A stretch of 64,000 bases of DNA from Candidatus Cloacimonadota bacterium (GCA_029567705.1 JAKPXC010000040.1:774-64773), one strand, 5' to 3'; positions 19,617-29,813 are shown, counted from the stretch's first letter. The notes: generated by a model not told the origin, from the sequence alone. Program-made: numbers and translations.

Positions 19617-20876
19617 TTATAAGTTTGTTTGGGCAAGATCCATCTGATCTGCCTCCAGGATTCCTTTTCTCAGATTCACTGCTCTGAGCAGGATCCATCC
19701 AATGATGAAAAAGAACATGATTGAAAGGATTGACCAACGGATATCTCCCGTTTTGTGGGCTATCCAACCATACAGTACGGGACCAATAATTGAAGAAAGC
19801 CTACCTGTCAAGGCATAAAAGCCAAAGAACTCCGCCTGCTTACTTCGGGGAGTAAGCTGAGAAAGGATAGTACGGCTGTTTGCCTGACTGCTGCCTATGG
19901 CCAATCCTGCCAGCAATCCCACCAGATAATACTCTCCAGCAGAACCACAGAAGAAAGCCCAGATCACCACAGCTATCCAGATAAGAAGCGATACACTGAG
20001 CGAGACTTTGGAACTCCACTTATCCGATACTACACCAAACAAAGCAGCTCCAATGATAGAAGTAAACTGCGCCAAGATAAAATAGACTATCATCGCCTTG
20101 GTATCCATCCCAAAACGCTCTATTCCATATATGGAGGCGAAGGCTATCACAGTCGTGATCCCATCATTGTAGATAAAGTAACTAAGGATAAACCTCAGAA
20201 GTTGGGGCAATTGCCGGATATGCCTGATAGAATAGCCTATTCTCTGAACAGCAACACGATAGTAGTTTGTCCGCTTGGATGGACGTTTAAACTCCTTAAG
20301 CCAGATGAAAAGAAAGCTGGAGAAGATCAGAAAGTGCAGAGCTACAGCCGGAAAGACCCATCTGACCTGCGAAGGACTGGTATTGATGATCCAGAGTGAA
20401 TAGAGCAGTGAGAGCAATCCACCCACATAACCCAAAGCCCAGCCATAGCCGGAAACCTTGCCTATATCGGAAGGGCTGGCTATATCGGGCAGAAAGCTAT
20501 CGTAGAATACATTGGCACTATTGAAGCCATAGTTGGCAATGATGAAGAAGACCATCCCCATCATGATACTGCCTGGACCCACAAAATACAGCAGAGCCGT
20601 GAAGATCACCGTTAGATAGCAATTGAAAAAGAGCATACGTTTCTTGGCTCGGGAGTAATCCGCCACAGCTCCCAGGATGGGGGCGGAGATAGCCACCAAA
20701 GCCATGGATATGCCCACAGCTCTCCCCCACAACATCTCTCCGTAGCCTTTTTCGCCTCCCACCACGGTACCGACAAAATACGCTGAGTAGACCACGCTTA
20801 CAATGATAGTCGTAAAGGCCGAATTGGCAAAATCATACATCATCCAGCCAACTAAGCTTTTATTCAGTTTCATCAC
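19617..20876 (-). CDS. MFS transporter, UMF1/Atg22-like family
   Basis: WMMYDFANSAFTTIIVSVVYSAYF N-terminal signature. About 12 TM segments. Confidence 0.7.
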   Translation of the reverse strand: MMKLNKSLVGWMMYDFANSAFTTIIVSVVYSAYFVGTVVGGEKGYGEMLWGRAVGISMALVAISAPILGAVADYSRAKKRMLFFNCYLTVIFTALLYFVGPGSIMMGMVFFIIANYGFNSANVFYDSFLPDIASPSDIGKVSGYGWALGYVGGLLSLLYSLWIINTSPSQVRWVFPAVALHFLIFSSFLFIWLKEFKRPSKRTNYYRVAVQRIGYSIRHIRQLPQLLRFILSYFIYNDGITTVIAFASIYGIERFGMDTKAMIVYFILAQFTSIIGAALFGVVSDKWSSKVSLSVSLLIWIAVVIWAFFCGSAGEYYLVGLLAGLAIGSSQANSRTILSQLTPRSKQAEFFGFYALTGRLSSIIGPVLYGWIAHKTGDIRWSILSIMFFFIIGWILLRAVNLRKGILEADQMDLAQTNL

Positions 20877-21951
20877 TACTCAAGGGAAGGTTAACGGAAG
20901 GCAGCATAGGCCAAAGCAAGCCTAGATCCTTCTTTGGTGATGTGATAAAGACCTGATTCTCATTGTTGATCAGTTCCTGAATCCTCTTCATGTGGATCAG
21001 GTCCAGCTCTGCAAAGATATCATCGAAGAGGAAAATCGGCCGGATAGCCGTGTTATCTTGGATCAGATTCGCCTGGATCAACTTCAGGATAACCACCACG
21101 ATACGTTTCTGCCCTCCAGACCCGTAGAGTTTGAGATCATAACCATTCAACAAAAAGCGATAGTCGTCCAGATGAGCACCCATCAAGGTACGCTCGTAGT
21201 GCTTTTCCCGGCTCTCATTCTGTTTGAGCCACTCCATCACCAGTTCTTCGGTAATCTCACCGGGTGAAACATGCCTCATAATTGGCTCGTAGAGCACCTC
21301 AAGCGAGTTGATGCTCTCAGATATATTTAGATAGGTAGAAGCCAACTGAGTATTCAGACCCTTCAGATAGGAAATCCTATACTCCAAAAGCTCCATATAA
21401 GCGCTGGAAAAACGCTTATCCCAAGCCGTCTTTTGAGCCTGGTTGTATCCGTTCTTCAGAAGGCTGTTTCTCTGCTTGATCACGTGCAGATAGTTCCGCA
21501 AAGCTGGGAGATATTTGGGATAAACCTGCGAGATAGAAAGATCAAAGTACTGCCTGCGAAACCTGGGACTGCCAGTGATGATATTGATATCTTCAGGAGC
21601 GCAATAGATAATCTTAACTGCCTCAAGCACCCGGCTAAGCTGCCGAACCGGTTCACCATCCAGAGAGAGTTGCTTTACACCATCCTGATAGCTGAAGCTC
21701 ACTTCCAAAGACAGACCGGTCTCCAGCATAAAATCTGCAGAGATATAGAAACGATCGGACGTAAAGCGCAGCATCTCCTGATCACTGTGAAATCGGATGG
21801 ATTTCCCCAAGCCACAATAGGCCATAGCCTCCAAGAGATTGGTCTTCCCACTGCCGTTGTTACCGATAAATAAACAGCCATGAGGCAGATATCTGAAGCT
21901 GCCTTTACTATAGTTTCTAAAGTTTAATATCTCGATCGAGCGTAGATGCAA
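20860..21951 (-). CDS. recF: DNA replication and repair protein RecF
   Basis: MHLRSIEILNFRNY...GNNGSGKTNLLEAMAYCGLGKS Walker A. C-terminal FLFDDIFAELD. Confidence 0.9.
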   Translation of the reverse strand: MHLRSIEILNFRNYSKGSFRYLPHGCLFIGNNGSGKTNLLEAMAYCGLGKSIRFHSDQEMLRFTSDRFYISADFMLETGLSLEVSFSYQDGVKQLSLDGEPVRQLSRVLEAVKIIYCAPEDINIITGSPRFRRQYFDLSISQVYPKYLPALRNYLHVIKQRNSLLKNGYNQAQKTAWDKRFSSAYMELLEYRISYLKGLNTQLASTYLNISESINSLEVLYEPIMRHVSPGEITEELVMEWLKQNESREKHYERTLMGAHLDDYRFLLNGYDLKLYGSGGQKRIVVVILKLIQANLIQDNTAIRPIFLFDDIFAELDLIHMKRIQELINNENQVFITSPKKDLGLLWPMLPSVNLPLSSDETE

Positions 21952-21955
21952 GCGA

Positions 21956-23122
21956 CTACGACCGCAGGGGCATAAGCAGGAAGGTGAGTTCCTGATTCTC
22001 CTGATTCATCTCGCTATAGATCATCATGGGATCTTTGGCAGAACCCAAGAGAATTTTCACCTTTTCCGTATCAACCACATCCAAGATGGCAAGCATGAAC
22101 TTGTAGTTGAAAGATATGTTTGTGGGACTTCCCTGATAGGAATAGTCATCCATGAACTGCTTGGCATCTCCGGTATCACGATTACTGGTATTGATCTCAA
22201 ACTGGTCTGAGCTTATCTCAAAGCGGGTACGGAGATTATCATCCGGTGCCACCAGAGCAACACGGCGAATGGCAGTTCTGAGCCGGTCTTTATCAATAAT
22301 AAGGCAATTCGGCAAGTCATGAACAAAGGCCTTTTGATATTCAGGATACTTATTCTCGATGATCTGGCTGTAGATCACATACTCACCATAAGCCAACATT
22401 AAGCGGTTATGCTCCATTAGAAGCTGTAGTTCTTTCACATCCGACCTATATATCTTCTGCATGAAATCCAGTGTCTTCACCGGAATCACTTTTTCAAGAT
22501 AGCTATCCTGGTTCTCGTTGAAGATGTTTTCTTCCAGCTTCTCGGCTTCTGGATTCTGTTGCATGATACTGCTGCGGACCTTTATCTCTGCAACCTTTCT
22601 GCCGTCTGTGGCAGCCATGAGTTGCTCATTATCATAGATCTTCCAGCAAACACCGGTTAGGACTGGACGATTGTTATCCAGCGAAACCGCAAAGGAAGTC
22701 TTGCTGATCATTCTATGAAAAAGTTCCGCTTCCAGTTTTATGGTATTTGTGAGAGTGGTAGCAGGTATCAATGGATAGAGTGAGTGATCAGCGCAGAGCA
22801 GCTTGAAATCGATCTTGCCACATTGGATAAGAAGCAAGTCCTCATTTGTCCAAAGCTGTAAAACATCATCCGGCATACTGGCAATGATCTCATTAAAGTG
22901 ACGAGCAGACACTGCAATGGTGCCACTTTCGCTGATGGAAGCAGGGAAATTTACAATTACAGTGATATTCAGATCTGTTGCAGTGATCTGTATGCTGTTG
23001 GTTTCTGTGTTGGCAACAATATGATAATTTGTCAGAATGGGATTGGTGGCTTTGCTGGGCACGATGGAAGCCAAGTGCTGAATGTGTTGGTTCAAATCTC
23101 TTTTATCTATTGATAGTCTCAT
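21956..23122 (-). CDS. dnaN: DNA polymerase III beta sliding clamp
   Basis: MRLSIDKRDLNQHIQHLASIVPSKATNPILTNYHIVA. Typical length. Sits immediately upstream of recF. Confidence 0.9.
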   Translation of the reverse strand: MRLSIDKRDLNQHIQHLASIVPSKATNPILTNYHIVANTETNSIQITATDLNITVIVNFPASISESGTIAVSARHFNEIIASMPDDVLQLWTNEDLLLIQCGKIDFKLLCADHSLYPLIPATTLTNTIKLEAELFHRMISKTSFAVSLDNNRPVLTGVCWKIYDNEQLMAATDGRKVAEIKVRSSIMQQNPEAEKLEENIFNENQDSYLEKVIPVKTLDFMQKIYRSDVKELQLLMEHNRLMLAYGEYVIYSQIIENKYPEYQKAFVHDLPNCLIIDKDRLRTAIRRVALVAPDDNLRTRFEISSDQFEINTSNRDTGDAKQFMDDYSYQGSPTNISFNYKFMLAILDVVDTEKVKILLGSAKDPMMIYSEMNQENQELTFLLMPLRS

Positions 23123-23237
23123 CTTTCACCCCGTCGAAAGGTATTTTTCTTTAAGAATCAGCAAATTGTAGCCTCTGGATTTAGTCAACAATTTTCCTTC
23201 CTGCCTGTCCAAACGAATACCTCCCTCTCTCTCTTCG

Positions 23238-23306
23238 CTTCCTAATACGATTCCTTAACCCATCCTTAACCTCAGTATAGGATTCGTTTATCTTGCAATA
23301 AGTTAC
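23238..23306 (-). repeat. GGTTAAGGAT-unit intergenic element, copy 3 (2 units)
   Basis: The reverse complement reads gTAACTTAttGCAAGATAAacgaatCCTATACtgagGTTAAGGATGGGTTAAGGAatcgtATTAGGAAG, followed by GCGAAGAGAGAGAGGGAGG. Confidence 0.9.
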
Positions 23307-23375
23307 CCCACAAGGAATGGATAGAAGACTAACAAGGTTGCAACTCAATGCCAATAAATGATATATACCACTTCC

Positions 23376-23416
23376 CTACAAAATGAAAGAGCAGGCTCCT
23401 TGCGGTCACCTGCTCT
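23376..23416 (-). terminator. Rho-independent terminator of hup
   Basis: Minus strand: AGAGCAGG-13 nt-CCTGCTCT followed by TTCATTTTGT. Confidence 0.7.
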
Positions 23417-23435
23417 TTCGGCTTTCACTAAAGAG

Positions 23436-23711
23436 TTACTTTTTTACAGCATCTTTGAGTTTCTTACCAGCTTTAAATACGGGAACTTTACGGGCTGGAA
23501 TCTTCAAAGGTGCTTTGGTTTTGGGGTTGATACCCTTGCGGGCTTTGCGCTTAGCAACGCTAAAAGAACCAAAACCAACCAAAGTCACTTTCTCGCCCTT
23601 TTTGAGAGCTTCTGTGATGCCCTCAAGGACGGCTGCGAGTGCGGCACCGGCTAATTTCTGTGAAATCCCGGCTTCTCCAGCGATTTTCTTAATCAATTCA
23701 TCTCTGCTCAT
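23436..23711 (-). CDS. hup: Histone-like DNA-binding protein HU
   Basis: MSRDELIKKIAGEAGISQKLAGAALAAVLEGITEALKKGEKVTLVGFGSFSVAKRKARKGINPKT... is the canonical HU/IHF fold sequence. Confidence 0.93.
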   Translation of the reverse strand: MSRDELIKKIAGEAGISQKLAGAALAAVLEGITEALKKGEKVTLVGFGSFSVAKRKARKGINPKTKAPLKIPARKVPVFKAGKKLKDAVKK

Positions 23712-24008
23712 TTTACCTCCTTTACTAAGTACTCAAAAGAGTTCGAGATATTTGTTTTGAAGTAAAATCAAGCCTGTACATCCTGTCAACAAAAAAAAAC
23801 AGCTTCCTACCATTTCTAAAAGCCTTCTGAGGCAAGACTTACGGTGATCAATACATGTATCTACATAACAGAGAACTTATTAACAGCATATATTGTCTTA
23901 GTATATTATTCTACACATACCGAAAAAAACCTTGAAAGACTCTTTTCAATTGACAAAATCCAGCCCTCGAAGCCATGGTCTTTTACAAAAGATTATGTGG
24001 AGGATTTA

Positions 24009-25205
24009 ATGATTAGACATAGTTTCCTACTGCTCTCGGTACTGGTTGTTTTTACTATAATCAGCGCTTGCAGTTCTACACCAAAGCCACCGGTCGTTGT
24101 GGAAGTTCCCGTTAGTCCCATGATTCAAGCCCAAGCTTATGCAGACAGCGCATTGGATTTGTTTGATGCTGAAGATTACATGAATGCGCTCACCCAGTTT
24201 AATACTGCTTTGAACACCTTCCGCGATGCTGCATCTGTGGCTACCGAGATTGACTCCGTGAATCACAAGATTGAAAAGATGCAGCTCAACATCGCCACTA
24301 CACATCTTAGAATGGCACATGAGAGCTATGAAGCTCAGATTTATCCCGAAGCAATCGAACACTATGAAGCTGCTTTAGAAGTCTATGACAGCATTACAGC
24401 TCCCATAACCATCGAAGCAGACGCTCTTCAACAGAATAGAGTTCAGCTTTACAGCAATCTGGCGCTGGTAAACAAAACCGCTGGGAACTTTGAAGCAGCC
24501 ATCACTTACTATGACCGAATTTTAGCAGGCGACCCCAATAATGCCGACGTTTTGAACTCCAAGTTCATAGTCCTGAACAACGATATTAGAGATACAGATC
24601 GTGCTTTCAGAGTTCTTCGTGACTATGCAGAAGCCTCAAACGATGCCAATGCCTACCTTATGCTGGCGGGCAAGTATGCAGAAAACGGCAATAACACAGA
24701 GGCTGAGAGCAATTACTTGAGAGCTTTGGAGATTCGTGCTGATGGTAACACCTACAAGTCTTTGGCAAGTTTCTATCTCAACACCTCTCAATGGGCTAAA
24801 TCAAATGATATCCTGCTTCGCTACGTCGGCACCAATCCTCCTCAAGAAGAGATGCTGATTTGTTACAGGCTGATGGGTAACAACTATCGCAATCTGAACA
24901 ATAACGCCAAGATGGTGGAATACTTTGAGAAAGCCCTGCTCATCGAAGAAGATCCTCAGCTTGCTCTGGCAGTTGCCAGCTATTACAATGGACGTTCCAA
25001 CTGGGCTAAGGTGATAAGCTTTACCACCATGGCTCTACGTGGAAATGCCCGTAATGCGGATGCTTTGCTTTTACGTGGTAATGCCTACTTCAAAAGCAAT
25101 CGGTTCAATGAAGCCCGCACTGACCTGGAACTTATTCGCAACGATCCCCGTCATGGAACCAATGCCACCAACCTTCTTAATGCAATCGCCAGAAGAAGAG
25201 GCTAA
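24009..25205 (+). CDS. TPR-repeat lipoprotein
   Basis: Start moved to the ATG at 24009, 6 nt after GGAGGA. Lipobox TIISACSS. Repeated A-x-x-x-Y-x-x-A-L TPR-like helices. Confidence 0.7.
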   Translation: MIRHSFLLLSVLVVFTIISACSSTPKPPVVVEVPVSPMIQAQAYADSALDLFDAEDYMNALTQFNTALNTFRDAASVATEIDSVNHKIEKMQLNIATTHLRMAHESYEAQIYPEAIEHYEAALEVYDSITAPITIEADALQQNRVQLYSNLALVNKTAGNFEAAITYYDRILAGDPNNADVLNSKFIVLNNDIRDTDRAFRVLRDYAEASNDANAYLMLAGKYAENGNNTEAESNYLRALEIRADGNTYKSLASFYLNTSQWAKSNDILLRYVGTNPPQEEMLICYRLMGNNYRNLNNNAKMVEYFEKALLIEEDPQLALAVASYYNGRSNWAKVISFTTMALRGNARNADALLLRGNAYFKSNRFNEARTDLELIRNDPRHGTNATNLLNAIARRRG

Positions 25206-25222
25206 GCAGTAGTTTAATGGAA

Positions 25223-25258
25223 AAGCCAGTCCTGCCGAGGTGGGACTGGCTTATTCGT
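25223..25258 (+). terminator. Candidate terminator after the TPR gene
   Basis: AAGCCAGTCC pairs perfectly (10 bp) with GGACTGGCTT across a 10-nt loop, followed by a weak T tract (ATTCGT). Confidence 0.5.
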
Positions 25259-25266
25259 AAAAGCTT

Positions 25267-25713
25267 ATGAAAAAGATCAAGACTGACGGTTCTATCCAGG
25301 GAATCTACGGGTTCAATCCGGAGACCAAGGTTCTCCGGCCACTGATCGGTACTTCAATCCCTGCAGGCTTCCCATCACCTGCCACGGATTACATTGAAGG
25401 TGTGCTCGATCTGAACGTCTATCTTATCCAGCATAAGCCTTCCACTTACTTCGTGAAAGCTGCCGGGTTTTCCATGATCAACGCCGGAATCTTTCCTGAT
25501 GATTTGCTGGTGGTGGATAAGGCTCTGGAGGCTACCCACAAGAAAGTGATTATCGCTATTCTGAATGGCGAGTTTACAGTGAAGAGGCTGCATATCACGG
25601 ATGAAGGATACTGGCTGGTGCCGGAGAATGACGAGTTTGAGCCGGTTCAGATCTATGCATCCGATGATTTTCAGATTTGGGGAGTGGTAACCTACGTAAT
25701 CCATAAGTTGTAG
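25267..25713 (+). CDS. umuD: UmuD-like S24 self-cleaving peptidase
   Basis: Aligns by eye along its whole length with E. coli UmuD. IPAGFPSPATDYIEGVLDLNVYLIQHKPSTYFVKAAGFSMINAGIFPDDLLVVDK...GEFTVKRL includes an AG cleavage site, G-x-SM Ser and VKRL Lys. Confidence 0.85.
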   Translation: MKKIKTDGSIQGIYGFNPETKVLRPLIGTSIPAGFPSPATDYIEGVLDLNVYLIQHKPSTYFVKAAGFSMINAGIFPDDLLVVDKALEATHKKVIIAILNGEFTVKRLHITDEGYWLVPENDEFEPVQIYASDDFQIWGVVTYVIHKL

Positions 25714-25714
25714 C

Positions 25715-28700
25715 TTGAAGCTCTATAAGTCTCTCCAGATAGCTATCCTTCTCATTAGTCTAACCCCGGGACTTCTTGCCCTTGAATACATTCACACCCA
25801 GACCATTGAGCTGGTATCAGGTCAATCCACATACCAACTTTCAAATGGAAACATTATAGTTAATACTGAAACTGTCGAGACCGAGGTGGGGCAATTAGAA
25901 CAGGGGATCGACTACGTTCTGGATTATAAATCCGGCTTATTGACCCTCCTGAGGCCACAAGATGCCCGCTTCATACTGGTCAGATATTTGAACCTCCCAT
26001 CCCGTTTTGCTCAATCTGCAAGCTTCTATGAGATCTATACGAGCCAGGATAGTCTGCCCCAAATCAATGCCAGACGACCTCTGTTCAATCCAGATAGTAA
26101 TCTGAACTTAAGAGGTTCCAAGACCTTTGCACTGAGCTTTTCAGATGATGCTGCCTTTGATCTGAAACAATCTCTCTTTGTGAACCTAAGTGGAAGCTTG
26201 GCACAGAATGTAGAGATATTGGCTCAGCTTTCTGATAGCCAATCCAAACTGAGCCCGGAGGGAGATTCCAGGGAACTAAGCAGCTTGGACAAGGTCTTTA
26301 TCAAGGTTTTTGGCCCCAGATACGAGATAGCTATGGGTGATCTGGCCTGGAAAAGTCAAGACAGCAAGTATCTTAGCTACACTACTAGTTTCGAAGGCCT
26401 AAAAGCTGCCTATCAGGGAAGCTTCAATCTCGAAGCAGGATACTCTGCCGCCACAGGCAAGACAGCTTCTATGGTATTGGAGATTATTGAGGGCAAACAG
26501 GGGCCTTATTATCTGAACGTGGACGGTTTTCAGAGTAGCTACAAGGTTGTGGCAGGAAGCGAGAGAATCTATCTGGACGGCAAGCTTCTGGATCGAGGCA
26601 GTGACTACACTATAGATTACAATGAAGGCACTGTTATGTTTCTAATCCTGGTTAGCCCTGCGAATAACGTTCTGGTGAACTACCAGTATTCAGACGAGAA
26701 CTATAAGCAGAGTATGCTATACAACTCTTTCAGGTATGATCTTAGTCCCAAGCTGTATGTAGTTCAGAATATGATACACCAGACTGATGATTCATCTGTG
26801 CCTTTGGTGGGAGACTTTTCAGATTCAGACTTGGAGGCTTTGGCAGCTGCGGGGGATAACAATGTCTGGGGAAACGGAATCTTTGAAGTGGAGCCGGGCT
26901 CTGGAACTTACAAGCAAGCCTTCACCGGTGATGGCATCCCCTACTACGTCTATGCTGCAGGAGACAGCCTGGCAGATTACAACCTGTTCTTCAGTTATGT
27001 GGGCTATGGTTCTGGTGATTATGAGCAGTATTCCAGTGGGAAGTACATCTACCGGGGACAGGGCATGGGTTCCTGGTTGCCTCAGAAGAGATTGATAGCT
27101 CCCGTAAGACGCACAAATGTAAATACAGGGCTTCACTTCCATGATAATGCCTTTTCCTTGGGCGCTGAAGCGATATATACCGTGAATGATCTGAACACCC
27201 TTTCAGATTTGGATGATGGTGACAACAGAAGCGTATTGTATAACCTCAACGGTGCATGGAGAAATGATGCAGGTTTCATCAAGCCAGAACTGTGGATTGA
27301 TTATGAGAAGAGGCTGGAAGATAGCTATCTCTTCGCTCAGGTAGAGGATCCCGGAGAGCAACAGGACATGAGCTTGATAGCGATGCCGGATTCCCTTTCC
27401 CGGGAACAGCTCACTGCCAGACTCAAGCTCCAGGTGGGAGAAGGCTGGCTACAGACCTTGAGCTTTCAAACCAGAAGCTATCCCGGACAGACTACCCGCA
27501 GCCTACGGTATATGAGTATAAACTCTGCCAAAGGTCTCATACCGCAGACAAGTCTCAACGCTACCTATGCCCTGCATGAATCGGATGAGCCAAACACTAC
27601 CGACAGCCAGCTTTACTATTCCACACTGAACAGCCAGTGGAACCTCAGCAAACTATCTCTGAGGCTGGAAGGCTTGCTCAACGCTCTTTTGTACGATGAT
27701 AATCAGAACACACTTCCGGGAACAGCCTACTGGAAGCTAAACCCCACACTGAGTTACTCCAGCGGAAACAATCTCCGAAGCAGCGCTTCTTTTGCGGCAG
27801 ATCAAGCCCTGGTTCAGCACGATGACTGGCAGAAGCTGAACAGCAGCTCAACCCTGGCAATCAAGCAAGTTTACAACAGCCAAGCCAACAATCTCGACCT
27901 GGACTATACTCATCGTGAGATAAGGAAACATGACGCAGAGAATCCCCGCTCCTTTTACGATCTGGCACGCTTCAGATCCACTCATAACTGGCTGAAGAAT
28001 GCCTTAAACCTCACGGCTCAATACCAGCTTAATCAAACAGAATTCTTTCCCAGAATCCGAGAGCTCGAATATGTAGGCGTGGGACTGGGGCTCTACGACA
28101 GCACAGGTGTGGTGACCTCCGGGGGAGACTACGATTACACATATATAACCAGTGATCAAGGAATCACCAGCTCTGAAATAACAGCCTCTGCTTCCGCATA
28201 TCTGAGGCCGGGCTTGGTCTTCAGTGACGATATCTCCAGACGTTTCACTTCAGACATTAGTTTGAGCGCTGTGGAGATCACAGAGCAAAGGAACGAACTC
28301 AAGACTTATCTCTTTTTCCCCGGATACGTCTTTGATCCCCTGCAAACTATCTACGGTCGACAAACTTTCCTTCAAAACCTCTGGGTAGATCTTTGGCGCA
28401 GCAAAGTAAACCTGAATCTTGCCTGGGATATAGACAGGAGTCTTGATAGAAGGTATCAGGAGCTCTACAGGTCTTACACTCAGAATCGCAGCATAGGCCT
28501 GGAATTCAGAGCCTTCCTGGGAAGTAACTTCAACCTGCGTTACATAAGTAATCAAGAGGACGACAGCCGTTACGAATCCAGCATAGATAAAGATAACTAC
28601 AGCTTTATCTGGCAGAAAAACTATTCGACTCAAACTGCCTTGGACATGAACCTAGATTACAGCGAAGAGAGCGGTGATAGCTACGTAGCTGAGACGAGCT

Positions 28701-28981
28701 ACACCCTCAAGAGTCTCTCCCTCACCGGCAACCTGAGAACAGTATATCAACAGAAGTATCGCTTCAGCAGCAGGCTGGGCTTCCGTTACAATGACCGCAG
28801 CGGTTCAGACTACCTGAGCTTCCTACCTGAAAAGCGGGAAGGCTTCAGCACCACTTGGAACCTGAAGGCTATCTACCGAATAAACAGCTTCAGTTCCGTG
28901 AACTTTGACTACACTGGTAATCTCTACCCGGAACAGAAAGCCAGACATACCATGAAATTGGAGTTTAAAGCAGAACTATGA
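25715..28981 (+). CDS. Very large (1088 aa) predicted outer-membrane beta-barrel protein, family unknown
   Basis: The TTG start lies 1 nt after the umuD stop. Signal peptide KLYKSLQIAILLISLTPGLLA. N-terminal DY-x-(L/I)DY-x-x-G motifs. The remainder has alternating Y/S/N/L beta-strand-like composition. Confidence 0.65.
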   Translation: MKLYKSLQIAILLISLTPGLLALEYIHTQTIELVSGQSTYQLSNGNIIVNTETVETEVGQLEQGIDYVLDYKSGLLTLLRPQDARFILVRYLNLPSRFAQSASFYEIYTSQDSLPQINARRPLFNPDSNLNLRGSKTFALSFSDDAAFDLKQSLFVNLSGSLAQNVEILAQLSDSQSKLSPEGDSRELSSLDKVFIKVFGPRYEIAMGDLAWKSQDSKYLSYTTSFEGLKAAYQGSFNLEAGYSAATGKTASMVLEIIEGKQGPYYLNVDGFQSSYKVVAGSERIYLDGKLLDRGSDYTIDYNEGTVMFLILVSPANNVLVNYQYSDENYKQSMLYNSFRYDLSPKLYVVQNMIHQTDDSSVPLVGDFSDSDLEALAAAGDNNVWGNGIFEVEPGSGTYKQAFTGDGIPYYVYAAGDSLADYNLFFSYVGYGSGDYEQYSSGKYIYRGQGMGSWLPQKRLIAPVRRTNVNTGLHFHDNAFSLGAEAIYTVNDLNTLSDLDDGDNRSVLYNLNGAWRNDAGFIKPELWIDYEKRLEDSYLFAQVEDPGEQQDMSLIAMPDSLSREQLTARLKLQVGEGWLQTLSFQTRSYPGQTTRSLRYMSINSAKGLIPQTSLNATYALHESDEPNTTDSQLYYSTLNSQWNLSKLSLRLEGLLNALLYDDNQNTLPGTAYWKLNPTLSYSSGNNLRSSASFAADQALVQHDDWQKLNSSSTLAIKQVYNSQANNLDLDYTHREIRKHDAENPRSFYDLARFRSTHNWLKNALNLTAQYQLNQTEFFPRIRELEYVGVGLGLYDSTGVVTSGGDYDYTYITSDQGITSSEITASASAYLRPGLVFSDDISRRFTSDISLSAVEITEQRNELKTYLFFPGYVFDPLQTIYGRQTFLQNLWVDLWRSKVNLNLAWDIDRSLDRRYQELYRSYTQNRSIGLEFRAFLGSNFNLRYISNQEDDSRYESSIDKDNYSFIWQKNYSTQTALDMNLDYSEESGDSYVAETSYTLKSLSLTGNLRTVYQQKYRFSSRLGFRYNDRSGSDYLSFLPEKREGFSTTWNLKAIYRINSFSSVNFDYTGNLYPEQKARHTMKLEFKAEL

Positions 28982-29763
28982 CCCACATCATCCTGAATCT
29001 GAGCAGTTTGGACTATATCCTTGTACTTTTCTTTGTCTTCTTAGCCGGCTTCATAGATTCGATTGCCGGAGGTGGCGGACTCATCTCACTACCGGCTTAC
29101 TGGTCGGTGGGTGTGCCTCCTCACACCGCTTTGGCCACCAATAAATTCTCTTCATGTTTTGGCACTATCTTCTCCACGATGACTTACCTCAGAGCCAAGA
29201 TCATAGACCTCCCCGTGGCAGCCATTAGTGCTGGATTTGCCCTGCTCGGCTCCTGGTTGGGCGCAAGCGTTGCTCTGAGAGTATCAGCAGCCTTTCTAAA
29301 CTATCTCCTGCTGTTTCTGGTGCCGGCCCTGGCTGTTCTCACTCTGATCAATAAACGTCTCGGTCTGGTGGACAACAGCCTCAATATCAAGCTTGGGTTC
29401 AGGATGTCTATTGGAGCTCTGATAGGACTGGTGATTGGCTTTTATGACGGTTTCTTCGGCCCCGGAACCGGAACTTTCATCATCATCCTCTACTCCGTTC
29501 TTCTGCACTACGACTTCCTGAAAGCCAATGGCAATACAAAGCTGGTCAATCTTGCTTCAAACATAGCTGCTTTGGCTACATTCTGGGTCGCCGGACAAGT
29601 GTATCTTCCCTTGGCAATTCCGGGAGCAGCATGCGGCATCGCGGGGAATCTGCTGGGCTCCAGATTGGTAGTTCTAAAAGGCAACAAGATCATCAAAGAG
29701 ATCTTCGTTGTAGCACTGTTGCTTCTCTTTGGTAGAGTGGTCTATAACCTCTTTTGGAACTGA
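28978..29763 (+). CDS. TSUP (TauE/SafE, DUF81) family membrane transporter
   Basis: FLAGFIDSIAGGGGLISLPAYW signature. About 8 TM segments. ATGA overlap with the preceding OMP gene. Confidence 0.8.
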   Translation: MTHIILNLSSLDYILVLFFVFLAGFIDSIAGGGGLISLPAYWSVGVPPHTALATNKFSSCFGTIFSTMTYLRAKIIDLPVAAISAGFALLGSWLGASVALRVSAAFLNYLLLFLVPALAVLTLINKRLGLVDNSLNIKLGFRMSIGALIGLVIGFYDGFFGPGTGTFIIILYSVLLHYDFLKANGNTKLVNLASNIAALATFWVAGQVYLPLAIPGAACGIAGNLLGSRLVVLKGNKIIKEIFVVALLLLFGRVVYNLFWN

Positions 29764-29813
29764 AGACATTTCAGGCTTGACATTTGACCGAAGGAAAGAT
29801 TGCTTGGTACTGT

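Noticed and set aside
23123-23435. dnaN upstream region, considered as oriC.
   Set aside because: It contains the repeat element, a (GA)n tract and the hup terminator, but no cluster of TTATCCACA-like boxes and no obvious AT-rich unwinding element.
23358-23760. Two plus-strand ORFs (98 and 125 aa) overlapping hup.
   Set aside because: They are antisense to a canonical HU gene. Their low-complexity translations indicate shadow ORFs.
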